From an uncultured Chloroflexia bacterium (GTDB lineage Bacteria; Chloroflexota; Limnocylindria; Limnocylindrales; CSP1-4), in NCBI GenBank assembly GCA_963721765.1, contig CAVRJP010000002.1, forward strand, positions 112,474 through 176,473: a stretch of 64,000 bases of DNA, read 5' to 3'. The notes under the pieces were generated by a model that was not told where the DNA came from, did not search any database, and was given only the letters and a program-made list of their open reading frames with translations. The stretch's first letter is position 1; the number at the start of each line of letters is the position of its first letter. This document shows positions 1-7,918 of this stretch, one piece after another. The position numbers and the translations under genes are program-made.

Positions 1-12
1 GACGAGCGATTC

Positions 13-963
13 GTGACCGCGGCGGCCGATCGGCGCATCGAGCTGGCTGACGGCTGGATCGTCGCCGAGGAACCGGTCGACCCGACCGACATCACGAAGC
101 CGAGACAACGCGGCTCCAGCCGCCGAGGCCGGGGCGCCCACGCGCGCGCGATCGCAAACGTCGACCCGATCCCGGACCCGCCGTGGGACCCGGAAGTGAC
201 GGCCGCGCTCCTCACGCCCGAGATCGGCGAGGCGCAGCGCGAGAGCCTGCTCGGCCGCACGAACCCGCTGGTCAAGCTCGGCATCGCGCTCCTGTGGCTG
301 GTCGGCCTCGGGCTGACGCTCGACGTCCGGCCACCGCTGATCCTCGCGCTCGTGGCGCTCGTCGCGGGCCTGCAACTCGGGGCAATCGAGCCCGGCGTGC
401 TTGCACGGCGCCTCGCGCCACTGACCTTCGCGGCGCTCGGGATCGCGACCACGAACCTCCTGTTCTCCGGCCACAACCCGGATCCGGCCGCGACCGAGCT
501 CCTGCGGGTCGGGCCGTTGCGCCTCACGGTCGAGGCGGTCGAGGCCGCCGCGGGAATCGGGGCGAGGGTCTTCTCGATCGTCAGCGTCGGCGCGGTCTTC
601 GCGCTCACCACCGAGGCGACGCGGATCGTCGATTCCCTCGTCCAGCTTGCCCACGTCTCGCCGCGGTTCGCGTACGGCGCGCTCGCGGCGTACCAGGCCG
701 TGCCTCGCCTCGCCGCCGACTTCGCGACGCTCCGAAGCGCGCGCCGCCTGCGCGGCCTGCGGGAGTGGCACCCCAGCCTGCTCGTCGGCCTGCTCGTCCG
801 GGCAATCCGCCACGCCGACCAGCTCGCCATCGCGATGGACGCTCGCGGCTTCGGAAGCGGCCCGCGATCCGACTACCGCCCGATTCGCTGGGCGCTCCTC
901 GACGTCGTCGTCCTGGCGGCGGCCATCGCGATCCTGGTCGCCGCGCTCCTCGCGTCGAGCTAG
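13..963 (+). CDS. ECF-transporter transmembrane (T) component, CbiQ/EcfT family; may continue upstream of the window
   Basis: ORF 13..963. The C-terminal ~230 aa are multi-pass hydrophobic and carry CbiQ/EcfT-like cytoplasmic Arg loops (RSARRLRGL, AMDARGFG). The frame is open back to nt 1, and the first residues (RIELADGWIVAEEP) resemble the tail of an ABC ATPase, so the true start may be off-window. Confidence 0.65.
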   Translation: MTAAADRRIELADGWIVAEEPVDPTDITKPRQRGSSRRGRGAHARAIANVDPIPDPPWDPEVTAALLTPEIGEAQRESLLGRTNPLVKLGIALLWLVGLGLTLDVRPPLILALVALVAGLQLGAIEPGVLARRLAPLTFAALGIATTNLLFSGHNPDPAATELLRVGPLRLTVEAVEAAAGIGARVFSIVSVGAVFALTTEATRIVDSLVQLAHVSPRFAYGALAAYQAVPRLAADFATLRSARRLRGLREWHPSLLVGLLVRAIRHADQLAIAMDARGFGSGPRSDYRPIRWALLDVVVLAAAIAILVAALLASS

Positions 964-1640
964 GAGGCCGCGCGCAGCACCTCGGCCAGCTCGATCAGGC
1001 TCTCGACCACGAGCGCAGCACCCGCCTCGCGCAACGCCTCCGCGCCCACCGCCGAACCGGCGGTCACGCCCGCGCCGGGCATCTCGGCCGCCCGTGCGGC
1101 TCGCACGTCCCAGATCGAGTCGCCCACCGCCCAGCACCGACCCGGAGGCAGCGAGAGGTTCTCGGCCGCGAGCAGCAACAGGTCCGGCGCCGGCTTGGCC
1201 CGTTCGACGCGCGAGCCGTCGACGATCCGGGGCTCATGCTCCAGGGCGAGGGACGCAACCGACCGCCGCACCTGCTCGGCGCGGCTCGACGTGGCGATCA
1301 GCCACGGCATGCCGCGCTCGTCGAGCTCCGCGAGGAGCTCGCGCGCGCCCGGCAGCGGCCTCGGCGACGTGTTCCGGCGATCGAACGCCGCGCCGGCGTC
1401 GCGGTCGATCGTCTCGGCATCGTCGTCGGTCATCCGACCGCCGGCCTCCTCCGCCACCGTTCGCGCGAGCCGCTTGCCGTCCATCCCGATCATCGGCCCG
1501 ACCTGCTCCCGCGTGACCGCGAAGCCTGCCGCGACGAGTACCTCGACCCAACCGTCGATCCGCGCGTCGACCGTGTCCACGAGCGTCCCGTCGAGATCGA
1601 AGATCAGCCCGTCGGGGCGCGGCAGGTCGGGCTCGATCAC
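960..1640 (-). CDS. HAD-superfamily hydrolase (phosphoglycolate phosphatase / beta-PGM-like)
   Basis: GTG start at 1640 inside the long ORF 960..2279. HAD motif I is FDLDGTLVD near the N-terminus and motif IV is GDSIWD. The stop overlaps the EcfT-like stop tail-to-tail (CTAG at 960-963). Confidence 0.8.
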   Translation of the reverse strand: MIEPDLPRPDGLIFDLDGTLVDTVDARIDGWVEVLVAAGFAVTREQVGPMIGMDGKRLARTVAEEAGGRMTDDDAETIDRDAGAAFDRRNTSPRPLPGARELLAELDERGMPWLIATSSRAEQVRRSVASLALEHEPRIVDGSRVERAKPAPDLLLLAAENLSLPPGRCWAVGDSIWDVRAARAAEMPGAGVTAGSAVGAEALREAGAALVVESLIELAEVLRAAS

Positions 1641-1851
1641 GTGGCCTCCAGTAGCATCGTCCGATGTCCTTCCAAGCCTATCTGGACAAGGTCCAGGAGA
1701 GGACCGGAGCGGCTTCGGGCTGGCCCGAAACGACGCGGTGCGCGAGAATGGCGTCCACACCCTGCGATTCGCGCGCCACGACGGCGCCCTGCGTTCGAAA
1801 TCCGGCGACGGCCGGCTCGAGACCCTGGAGGAGACCCCGGTGACCGACGTG

Positions 1852-3291
1852 ATGGAGCGAGTCAAGACGTACCGCCAGCACATCGGCGGTGCATCGGTCG
1901 AGAGCGCGAGCGGCGAGACGCTCGAGGTCGAGAATCCCGCAAACGGCCAGGTCATCGCCAACGTTCCGGCGAGCGGCGCGGAGGACGTCGATCGGGCGGT
2001 CGACGCGGCGGCAGACGCCTTCGAGTCCTGGAAGAAGACCACGCCGCAGGACCGTTCGCTGCTCCTGCTCAAGATCGCGGACTCCCTCGAGGCGCGGGCG
2101 GACGAGCTCGGCCGTCTCGAGAGCCAGAACGCGGGCAAGCCGGTGGGCGCGGCGATCGACGAGATGACTGTGTGCGTCGACCTGTTCCGGTTCTTCGCCG
2201 GCGCGGCGCGCGTCCCCGAAGGGACAGCGACCACCGAGTACCTCGCCGGCCACACCTCGATGATCCGCCGCGACCCCATCGGCGTGGTCGCCTCGATCGC
2301 ACCGTGGAACTACCCGCTGTACATGGCGACGTGGAAGCTCGCGCCCGCGCTCGCCGCGGGCAACACCGTCGTGCTCAAGCCGTCGATCCGGACGCCGCTC
2401 ACGGCGCTCGCTTTTGCGGACACGCTCGCGGAGCACCTGCCGCCGGGCGTCGTGAACGTGCTCTCGGGCTCGGGCAACGCCATCGGCGACCACCTCGTCG
2501 GCCACCCCAAGGTCCGGATGGTCGCGATCACCGGCGACACGGCGACCGGCAAGCGGGTCGCGAAGATCGCCGCGGAGACGGTCAAGCGGCTCCACCTGGA
2601 GCTTGGCGGCAAGGCGCCCGTGATCATCTTCGACGACGCCGATCTCGATCTCGCGGCCGAGACGCTGAAGGCCGCCGGCTACTGGAATGCCGGCCAGGAC
2701 TGCACCGCGGCGACCCGCGTCCTCGCCGGCTCAGCCGTCTACGACGGCTTCCTCGACAAGCTCGCCGAGCAGGTCCGGTCCATCAAGTGGGGCGATCCCG
2801 CGGAGGCGGACGACATCGACATGGGCTCGCTCATCGCCAAGGCCCAGGCCGACAAGGTCGAGGGCATGGTCGATCGGGCGCGTGGCTCGGCGGACGTCGT
2901 CGTGGGCGGCAACCGGCCGGATCGGCCGGGCGCGTACTACGAGCCGACGATCATCGCCGGCGCCGACCAGAAGTCGGAGATCATCCAGGACGAGGTCTTC
3001 GGGCCTGTCGTCACGGTCCAGCGCTTCAGCGACGAGGCACAGGCCATCGCCTGGGCGAACGACACCCCCTACGGGCTCGCTTCCTCGCTGTTCACCTCGG
3101 ACATCGGGCGGGCGATGCGCGTCGCCAAGGCGCTCGAGTTCGGCCACGTCTGGATCAACGAGCACTTCACCCTGGCCTCGGAGACGCCCCATGGCGGCGT
3201 CAAGCAATCGGGCTGGGGCAAGGACGGCTCCAAGTACGCGCTCGAGGACTACACCTTCGTCAAGCACGTGATGATCAACACCGGGACCTGA
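1852..3291 (+). CDS. NAD(P)-dependent aldehyde dehydrogenase (aminobutyraldehyde/betaine-aldehyde dehydrogenase-like)
   Basis: In-frame ATG at 1852 within ORF 1195..3291. ALDH signatures are present: LELGGKAP, catalytic Cys in GQDCTAATR, and EVFGPVV. The part of the ORF upstream of 1852 is Arg/Ser-rich junk antisense to the HAD gene. Confidence 0.9.
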   Translation: MERVKTYRQHIGGASVESASGETLEVENPANGQVIANVPASGAEDVDRAVDAAADAFESWKKTTPQDRSLLLLKIADSLEARADELGRLESQNAGKPVGAAIDEMTVCVDLFRFFAGAARVPEGTATTEYLAGHTSMIRRDPIGVVASIAPWNYPLYMATWKLAPALAAGNTVVLKPSIRTPLTALAFADTLAEHLPPGVVNVLSGSGNAIGDHLVGHPKVRMVAITGDTATGKRVAKIAAETVKRLHLELGGKAPVIIFDDADLDLAAETLKAAGYWNAGQDCTAATRVLAGSAVYDGFLDKLAEQVRSIKWGDPAEADDIDMGSLIAKAQADKVEGMVDRARGSADVVVGGNRPDRPGAYYEPTIIAGADQKSEIIQDEVFGPVVTVQRFSDEAQAIAWANDTPYGLASSLFTSDIGRAMRVAKALEFGHVWINEHFTLASETPHGGVKQSGWGKDGSKYALEDYTFVKHVMINTGT

Positions 3292-3303
3292 CCCAGGAAT
3301 ATC

Positions 3304-3331
3304 GGGGCGGGCCGGTGGGGGTCGGCCCCGC
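3304..3331 (+). terminator. GC-rich hairpin just after the aldehyde dehydrogenase stop (candidate terminator)
   Basis: GGGCCG (3309-3314) pairs with CGGCCC (3323-3328) across an 8-nt loop, with further flanking G:C pairs. It is followed by gaaattgatgtt, so there is no strong U-tract. Confidence 0.3.
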
Positions 3332-3652
3332 GAAATTGATGTTCACTGCTGCACAACTCGCCATGTTCGCGTGGGCGCCGAGTCACGGGTTTCCTTCGCC
3401 TGGCAGTTCCCGCCTACAAGGTCCCTCTCGCGAGCTTGCATGACGTCGTATCGCTCGCAGAATTGTCCCGAGCGTGAACGGGAATGATTGCGCCGTCGTT
3501 GAAGGCCTTGACGAGCGCCGTATCGCCCGCAGAACTACACGCGAGCGTGGTCCTCGAACAGCGACGGCTCGGCGGCGGTCTTCTTCTCCTGGCTCCTGCT
3601 TACGACAGTTCTGTGGGCGATACCGAAAGGGATAGCGGCTGGGTGTGCCTGC

Positions 3653-4606
3653 TCACGCCCCAGGTGTGGTCTCGAGCGCCACACGAACCTCCCTGAGGCG
3701 TGACATGGTCTCGAGGTCGAACGGGTTGCGGAAGATCCAGATGACCTCGTCGATGCCGAGGTCCGCGAACCGGCGCACATAGTCGGCGACCAGGTCGGGT
3801 GGGCCGCCCGCGCCGAGCGTGCGGGGCGTGCCGTCCGAGCCGACGCGGCCGCGGATCCCGTGCCGCTCCTCGATCTCGGTCCAGACGTCGCGCGCCGCCA
3901 ATTCGGAGGCGCGAATCACCACTTCCATGTACACCGTCTTCGCGATCGACTCGAACGGCCGGCCGACCTCGGCGCAGCGCTCGCGCAGGATCGCCAACGA
4001 CTCGGCGACGCGATCGGGTGCGGCGTAGGCATTCCAGAGATCCGCGTGGCGGGCGACGGTGCGGAGCGTCTTCTCGCGGCCCGAGCCGCCGATCATGATC
4101 GGGAGGCGCGCCTGGAGCGGACGAGGCTCGCACACCGCGTCGACGAACTGGTAGAACCGGCCAGCGTGGCTCACGCGCTCGCCGGCGAGCAGCCGTTCGA
4201 TCAGGCCGACGGATTCCTCGAGCCGGTCGAGGCGCTCGCCGAAGCCCGACCCGAAATCGAGCCCGAACGCCTCGTGCTCGCGCCCGAACCACCCGCCGCC
4301 GATGCCGAGGATGAACCGGCCGCCCGATACGTGGTCGAGCGTCGTCGCGAGCTTGGACGTCAGGCCCGGGTTGCGGAACGTGTTCGCCGCCACGAGCAGC
4401 CCGAGTCGCGCCGTCGACGTCAGGGGCGCGAGGGCGGCGAGGCTCGCCCAGCCCTCCAGCTTCGCGTCGTGCCAGTCACCCTCGTCGGCGAGGAGGTGGT
4501 CGTCGAACCACAGGCTGTCGAAGCCAGCCTGCTCGGCGGCCAGGGCAGCGTCCCGGAGTGCCGGCCAGCCGGTTCGCTGGATCCAGTAGGCAGCGCCGAA
4601 TCTCAC
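3653..4606 (-). CDS. LLM-class (luciferase-like) flavin/F420-dependent oxidoreductase
   Basis: ORF 3653..4606 with a GTG start. The N-terminus (FGAAYW..AEQAGFDSLWFDDHL) and the LGIGGGW and IMIGGSG motifs are typical of luciferase-like monooxygenase family proteins. Confidence 0.85.
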   Translation of the reverse strand: MRFGAAYWIQRTGWPALRDAALAAEQAGFDSLWFDDHLLADEGDWHDAKLEGWASLAALAPLTSTARLGLLVAANTFRNPGLTSKLATTLDHVSGGRFILGIGGGWFGREHEAFGLDFGSGFGERLDRLEESVGLIERLLAGERVSHAGRFYQFVDAVCEPRPLQARLPIMIGGSGREKTLRTVARHADLWNAYAAPDRVAESLAILRERCAEVGRPFESIAKTVYMEVVIRASELAARDVWTEIEERHGIRGRVGSDGTPRTLGAGGPPDLVADYVRRFADLGIDEVIWIFRNPFDLETMSRLREVRVALETTPGA

Positions 4607-4623
4607 GGCCGTATCGTACGAAT

Positions 4624-5523
4624 GTGAGGGTCCATGCGATTCAGTCGGCGGTCCTCGATTGGTACGAGGCGAACGGCCGCGACCTCGCGTTCCGCCGGAC
4701 CACCGACCCGTGGGCGATCCTCGTCTCCGAAGTCATCGCTCAGCAGACCCAGGCGGCTCGTGCCGCGGAGGCCTGGACGCGGTTCATGGCCCAGTTCCCG
4801 ACGCCGGCCGACCTTGCGGGCGCGTCGCCCGCCACGGTCATTCGAGCCTGGCGCGGGCTCGGCTACAACCGCCGCGCCGTGGCGCTCCGTAGCGCCGCAA
4901 TCAGGATCGTCGAGGACCATGGTGGACGAGTGCCGGACGACCTCGACGCGCTTCAGGCCTTACCTGGCATCGGTCCGTACACCGCTCGAGCCGTGCTCAC
5001 CTTTGCGTTCGATCGCCCGGTCGCCCCGCTCGACACGAACATCCGGCGCGTGCTCGATCGCGCCCTCGGCCCGAATCCAACCGCGCCGCGCGCCCTCCAA
5101 TCGGCCGCTGATGGCTTCGTGCCGTCGCGCGCTTCGGCCGCCTGGTCGCATGCGCTCATGGACATCGGCGCGACGTTGTGCGGTCCTCGCGAGATCCGCT
5201 GCGACGCCTGCCCGATCCAGCGCTGGTGTCGAACCGCGAGCGGCGAATCGATGTCGGCCCGAGGCGCCCGCGGCGCCCGCGGCGACCAATGTGTCGGGTC
5301 CGCCCGCCGATCGAGCCCACCGTTCGCGTCGACGACGCGATGGCTGCGCGGCCGGATCCTCGATCGCCTTCGGGACGCGCCGGATGGAGCGTGGGTCCCG
5401 TTCGAGGAGCCGCTGGGCGAGCATGCCCTTGACGCAATCGTGGTCGAGATCGCGCGTATGGCTCAAGACGGGCTCCTGGAGCCCGACCCGGGGCACGTGG
5501 CCAGCGCTCGATTGATGAGCTGA
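4624..5523 (+). CDS. mutY: HhH-GPD adenine DNA glycosylase (MutY-like)
   Basis: GTG at 4624 in ORF 4558..5523. Motifs: WAILVSEVIAQQTQ, a helix-hairpin-helix LPGIGPYTARAV, and an Fe-S cluster loop C-x6-C-x2-C-x5-C (CGPREIRCDACPIQRWC). It is divergent from the LLM gene, with only 17 nt between the two start codons. Confidence 0.8.
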   Translation: MRVHAIQSAVLDWYEANGRDLAFRRTTDPWAILVSEVIAQQTQAARAAEAWTRFMAQFPTPADLAGASPATVIRAWRGLGYNRRAVALRSAAIRIVEDHGGRVPDDLDALQALPGIGPYTARAVLTFAFDRPVAPLDTNIRRVLDRALGPNPTAPRALQSAADGFVPSRASAAWSHALMDIGATLCGPREIRCDACPIQRWCRTASGESMSARGARGARGDQCVGSARRSSPPFASTTRWLRGRILDRLRDAPDGAWVPFEEPLGEHALDAIVVEIARMAQDGLLEPDPGHVASARLMS

Positions 5524-5529
5524 CGGGCG

Positions 5530-5938
5530 TCAGGCGGGCTCTCGAGACCGTGCCGGCAGCGGGCATTCCGCAGGCAGCCCGAGCAGGCGCCCGATCCGGC
5601 GGCGATGCGAGGCGACCTCGCGGTAGAGCGGTTCGAGCAGAGCGTGGCCGAGCGGTTGATCGAGCAGCGAGACCAGGAGGCACCAGCGGGCCACGAGCCT
5701 GCCGGCCGCAAGCACGGCGCGGGCTCCCGTGAGGATGGCCCCATCCGAGCGGACGAAGTGGATGCTCGCGCCGAGCGCGCGGCCCCTGACCTGCGCCGCG
5801 ATCGTGGCATCTCGCTCGACATGCTGCAGCGCAAGGAGGCCGAGCCGGCGGGCAGGAACGCGCGCCTCGAGCCATGACGCCGATGCGACGCAGAATTCCG
5901 CAGTCGGCGTCATAAAGGAGTGTTCCCGATCTGTCCAT
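5530..5938 (-). pseudogene. DCC-family (DUF393) thiol-disulfide oxidoreductase, interrupted by a +1 frameshift inside the CxxC motif
   Basis: The N-terminus MDRSGTLLYDADCG is read in the frame of ORF 5156..5977. The rest (FCVASASWLEARVP...LLEPLYREVASHRRRIG) is read in the frame of ORF 5530..5949. The switch is at GAATTC 5893-5898. Removing one A or T gives YDADCG(F/I)CVASASW, the DCC CxxC motif. Span length is 3n+1. Confidence 0.75.
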
Positions 5939-5954
5939 GGGGCGCTCAATGCAG

Positions 5955-5980
5955 AACATGTTACTGATCAGTATCATGTT
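5955..5980. promoter_or_regulatory. 26-nt near-perfect AT-rich palindrome (candidate operator) in a divergent promoter region
   Basis: AACATGtTACTGATCAGTAtCATGTT has only the two symmetric lower-case positions mismatched. It lies 17 nt upstream of the DCC-like start (5938) and about 200 nt upstream of the ferritin-like gene (6184). Confidence 0.45.
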
Positions 5981-6183
5981 AATCGTCGCCTCGGGACGTC
6001 GTCAAACGGTGCAGCGCCCGATGGCCGTCATCCCGCACGGAACTGCAGTTTGGCTGCAAGGACGTACGAGGCGGATGGAGGCGCTGGGGCATGTCTCCGC
6101 CCGTATGGTCGGCGTGTCGTCTCCGGGAACCCCGAAATCCAACTGGTCGGACCGGGTACGCCTGCCTGAAAGCGAGGAGAACC

Positions 6184-6777
6184 ATGAACGACGCCCAGGT
6201 CAAGGAGCTGCTCTACCAGTCGCTCGAGGTCGAGATCGGCGGCCAGAGCGTGTACGAGAAGGCCATCAGCTGCGCCGCCAACCCGGAGCTCAAGGAGGAG
6301 TGGCAGAAGTACCTCGACGAGACGCGGACGCACGAGGAGATCCTTCGGTCGGTCTTCGGACGGATCGGCCTCGATCCCGAGCAGGAGACGCCCGGTCGCG
6401 AGGTCGTTCGGTTCAAGGCCAGGTCGCTCGTCAAGTCCATGGACATGGCGCTCGCCGAGGGCGGTCGCGCTGCGGCCCAGCTCGTCGCTGCCGAGTGCGT
6501 GGTCGAGGCGGAAACGAAGGACCACCAGGACTGGGAGCTCATCGGCCGCGTCGCCGAGAAGTCGACGGGCGAGATGAAGAAGGCCCTCCAGGAGGCCCAC
6601 GAGCAGGTCGAGGAGCAGGAGGACCAGCACCTCTACCACACGATGGGCTGGGCTCGCGAGCTCTGGATCGAGTCGCTCGGCATGCCGGCGGTCCTGCCGC
6701 CGCCCGAGGAGGAGAAGAAGGTGGTGACCGCGATCGGTGCCGCCCGCGCCGAGCAGTCGCGCGAGGACATGCTCTAG
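6184..6777 (+). CDS. Ferritin-like / four-helix-bundle domain protein (hypothetical)
   Basis: ATG at 6184 is preceded by GAGGAG (6174-6179). The protein is acidic and helical with repeated E..H pairs (ETRTHEE, EAETKDHQDWE, EEQEDQHLYH) suggesting a di-metal ferritin-like fold. The family assignment is tentative. Confidence 0.6.
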   Translation: MNDAQVKELLYQSLEVEIGGQSVYEKAISCAANPELKEEWQKYLDETRTHEEILRSVFGRIGLDPEQETPGREVVRFKARSLVKSMDMALAEGGRAAAQLVAAECVVEAETKDHQDWELIGRVAEKSTGEMKKALQEAHEQVEEQEDQHLYHTMGWARELWIESLGMPAVLPPPEEEKKVVTAIGAARAEQSREDML

Positions 6778-6883
6778 CCGGAGCCGTTATCCGCGGCCGC
6801 CTACTCGCTGTCCTACGACGGCGTGCGATGTCGGTAAGCACCGCGAAGGCCGAGGAAGGAGGTCCCTCCGCTACGCTTCGAGC

Positions 6884-7693
6884 GTGAGCACGTCCACGCT
6901 GCCGCCCGCGACGGATGTTGCGTTTCTGCTGCCCGGGGATGACCCCGAGGTGATCGGGCTTGACCTGCGCGGGCTGCGCCGGCGATGGGCCCAGGCGGCT
7001 TCGCGAGCCCCGATCGGGGCGTCGGCGATGACCGGCGCGGACCTGCGCGCCCAGAAGCTCGGCGTGCCCGGCCAGCGCCTGATGGAGCACGCGGGCGTGG
7101 CTGTGGCCGCGGCCGTGCGGGCCATCGCGGACGCGACGGACCGGTGGCGAAAGGGTCCGATCCTCCTCCTGTGCGGCCCGGGCAACAACGGCGGCGACGG
7201 GTTCGTCGCCGCACGTCACCTCGCTCGTGCCGGGGCGGACATCATCGCCGTGCTCGTCTCGTCGCGCGCGCAGCCGTCGACCGCCGATGCGGCCCGGAAC
7301 TGGAACCGCCTCGATCGAGCCGAGCGAGTTCGCCGCATCCACGCCTCGAGCGCGCTCGAGCTGCGGGTCCTCGGCAAGGACGTCGATCGAGCGTCGATCG
7401 TGGTCGACGCCCTCCTCGGCACCGGCGTCGAGGGCGAGCTGCGCGACCCGATCCGATCGGCCGTCGAGCTCATCCTTCGAGCACGTGCGGCGAAGGTTCC
7501 GATCGTCGCCGTCGATACGCCGACCGCGGTCGACCTGACGTCGGGCGACCCGAGCCAACCCGTCGTGCGCGCGGATCTCACCGTGACGTTCCATCGACCC
7601 AAGACCGGCCTGCTCACGAGGCGCGGCGCGGCGCTCGCGGGCAAGGTGCTCGTGGCCCCGATCGGCATCCCGCCCGAGGCCGACCGTGGCTGA
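6884..7693 (+). CDS. NAD(P)H-hydrate epimerase (YjeF N-terminal domain / NnrE)
   Basis: Signature LLCGPGNNGGDGFVAARHL plus DALLGTG. The start is uncertain: GTG 6884 lies downstream of GAGGAAGGAGG, while ATG 7028 would give a more typical N-terminus (MTGADLRAQKLGVPGQRLMEHAG). Confidence 0.75.
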   Translation: MSTSTLPPATDVAFLLPGDDPEVIGLDLRGLRRRWAQAASRAPIGASAMTGADLRAQKLGVPGQRLMEHAGVAVAAAVRAIADATDRWRKGPILLLCGPGNNGGDGFVAARHLARAGADIIAVLVSSRAQPSTADAARNWNRLDRAERVRRIHASSALELRVLGKDVDRASIVVDALLGTGVEGELRDPIRSAVELILRARAAKVPIVAVDTPTAVDLTSGDPSQPVVRADLTVTFHRPKTGLLTRRGAALAGKVLVAPIGIPPEADRG

Positions 7694-7916
7694 CGTGCCA
7701 GGGAGCGGCGATCGCCGGTCGATCGGCTGGCGCGAGGTAGCAATCGTCGGCGCGGTCGCCGTCGGAGGCGTGCTGGGAGCGGCGATTCTCACTTCCGTGC
7801 TGCCGGCAGATGTCCAGCGCGTCATCTTCCATACGCCCGTGCTGATCGGCGTCCTGGTCCTGGGCACCGGGCTCGTGCTCTGGCGGATCGCCGCTCGCAA
7901 GCCGCCCGAGCTCTGA
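7686..7916 (+). CDS. Small two-helix membrane protein (hypothetical)
   Basis: 76-aa ORF with two hydrophobic segments (VAIVGAVAVGGVLGAAILTSVL and VLIGVLVLGTGLVLW). It overlaps the upstream stop by 8 nt and ends 2 nt before glpD. Confidence 0.45.
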   Translation: MADVPGSGDRRSIGWREVAIVGAVAVGGVLGAAILTSVLPADVQRVIFHTPVLIGVLVLGTGLVLWRIAARKPPEL

Positions 7917-7918
7917 CC

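Noticed and set aside
183-3443. Very long ORFs (for example 183..3443 +, 6539..8704 -, 39699..42569 +, 42914..46030 -, 42616..45246 +) translating to Arg/Pro/Gly/Ala-rich proteins
   Set aside because: They overlap, in other frames or antisense, genes with clear family motifs. Their Arg-rich, low-complexity translations are the usual stop-codon-poor shadow ORFs of a ~70% GC genome.
3484-3780. ORFs 3484..3696 (+) and 3535..3780 (-) as small genes in the convergent gap
   Set aside because: Neither has a ribosome-binding site, family motifs or codon-position GC bias. The second is largely the shadow of the 3' end of the LLM oxidoreductase gene.
5954-5966. GAACATGTTAC considered as a second LexA (GAAC-N4-GTTC) box
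   Set aside because: The second half-site reads TACT rather than GTTC. The symmetry axis of the real 26-nt palindrome is at TGATCA, so this is a different motif.
5156-5977. 273-aa minus-strand ORF spanning the MutY-like 3' end and the DCC region
   Set aside because: Only its first ~25 codons after MDRSG (up to YDADCG) make sense, as the DCC N-terminus before the frameshift. The remainder is Arg/Pro-rich and antisense to the MutY-like gene.
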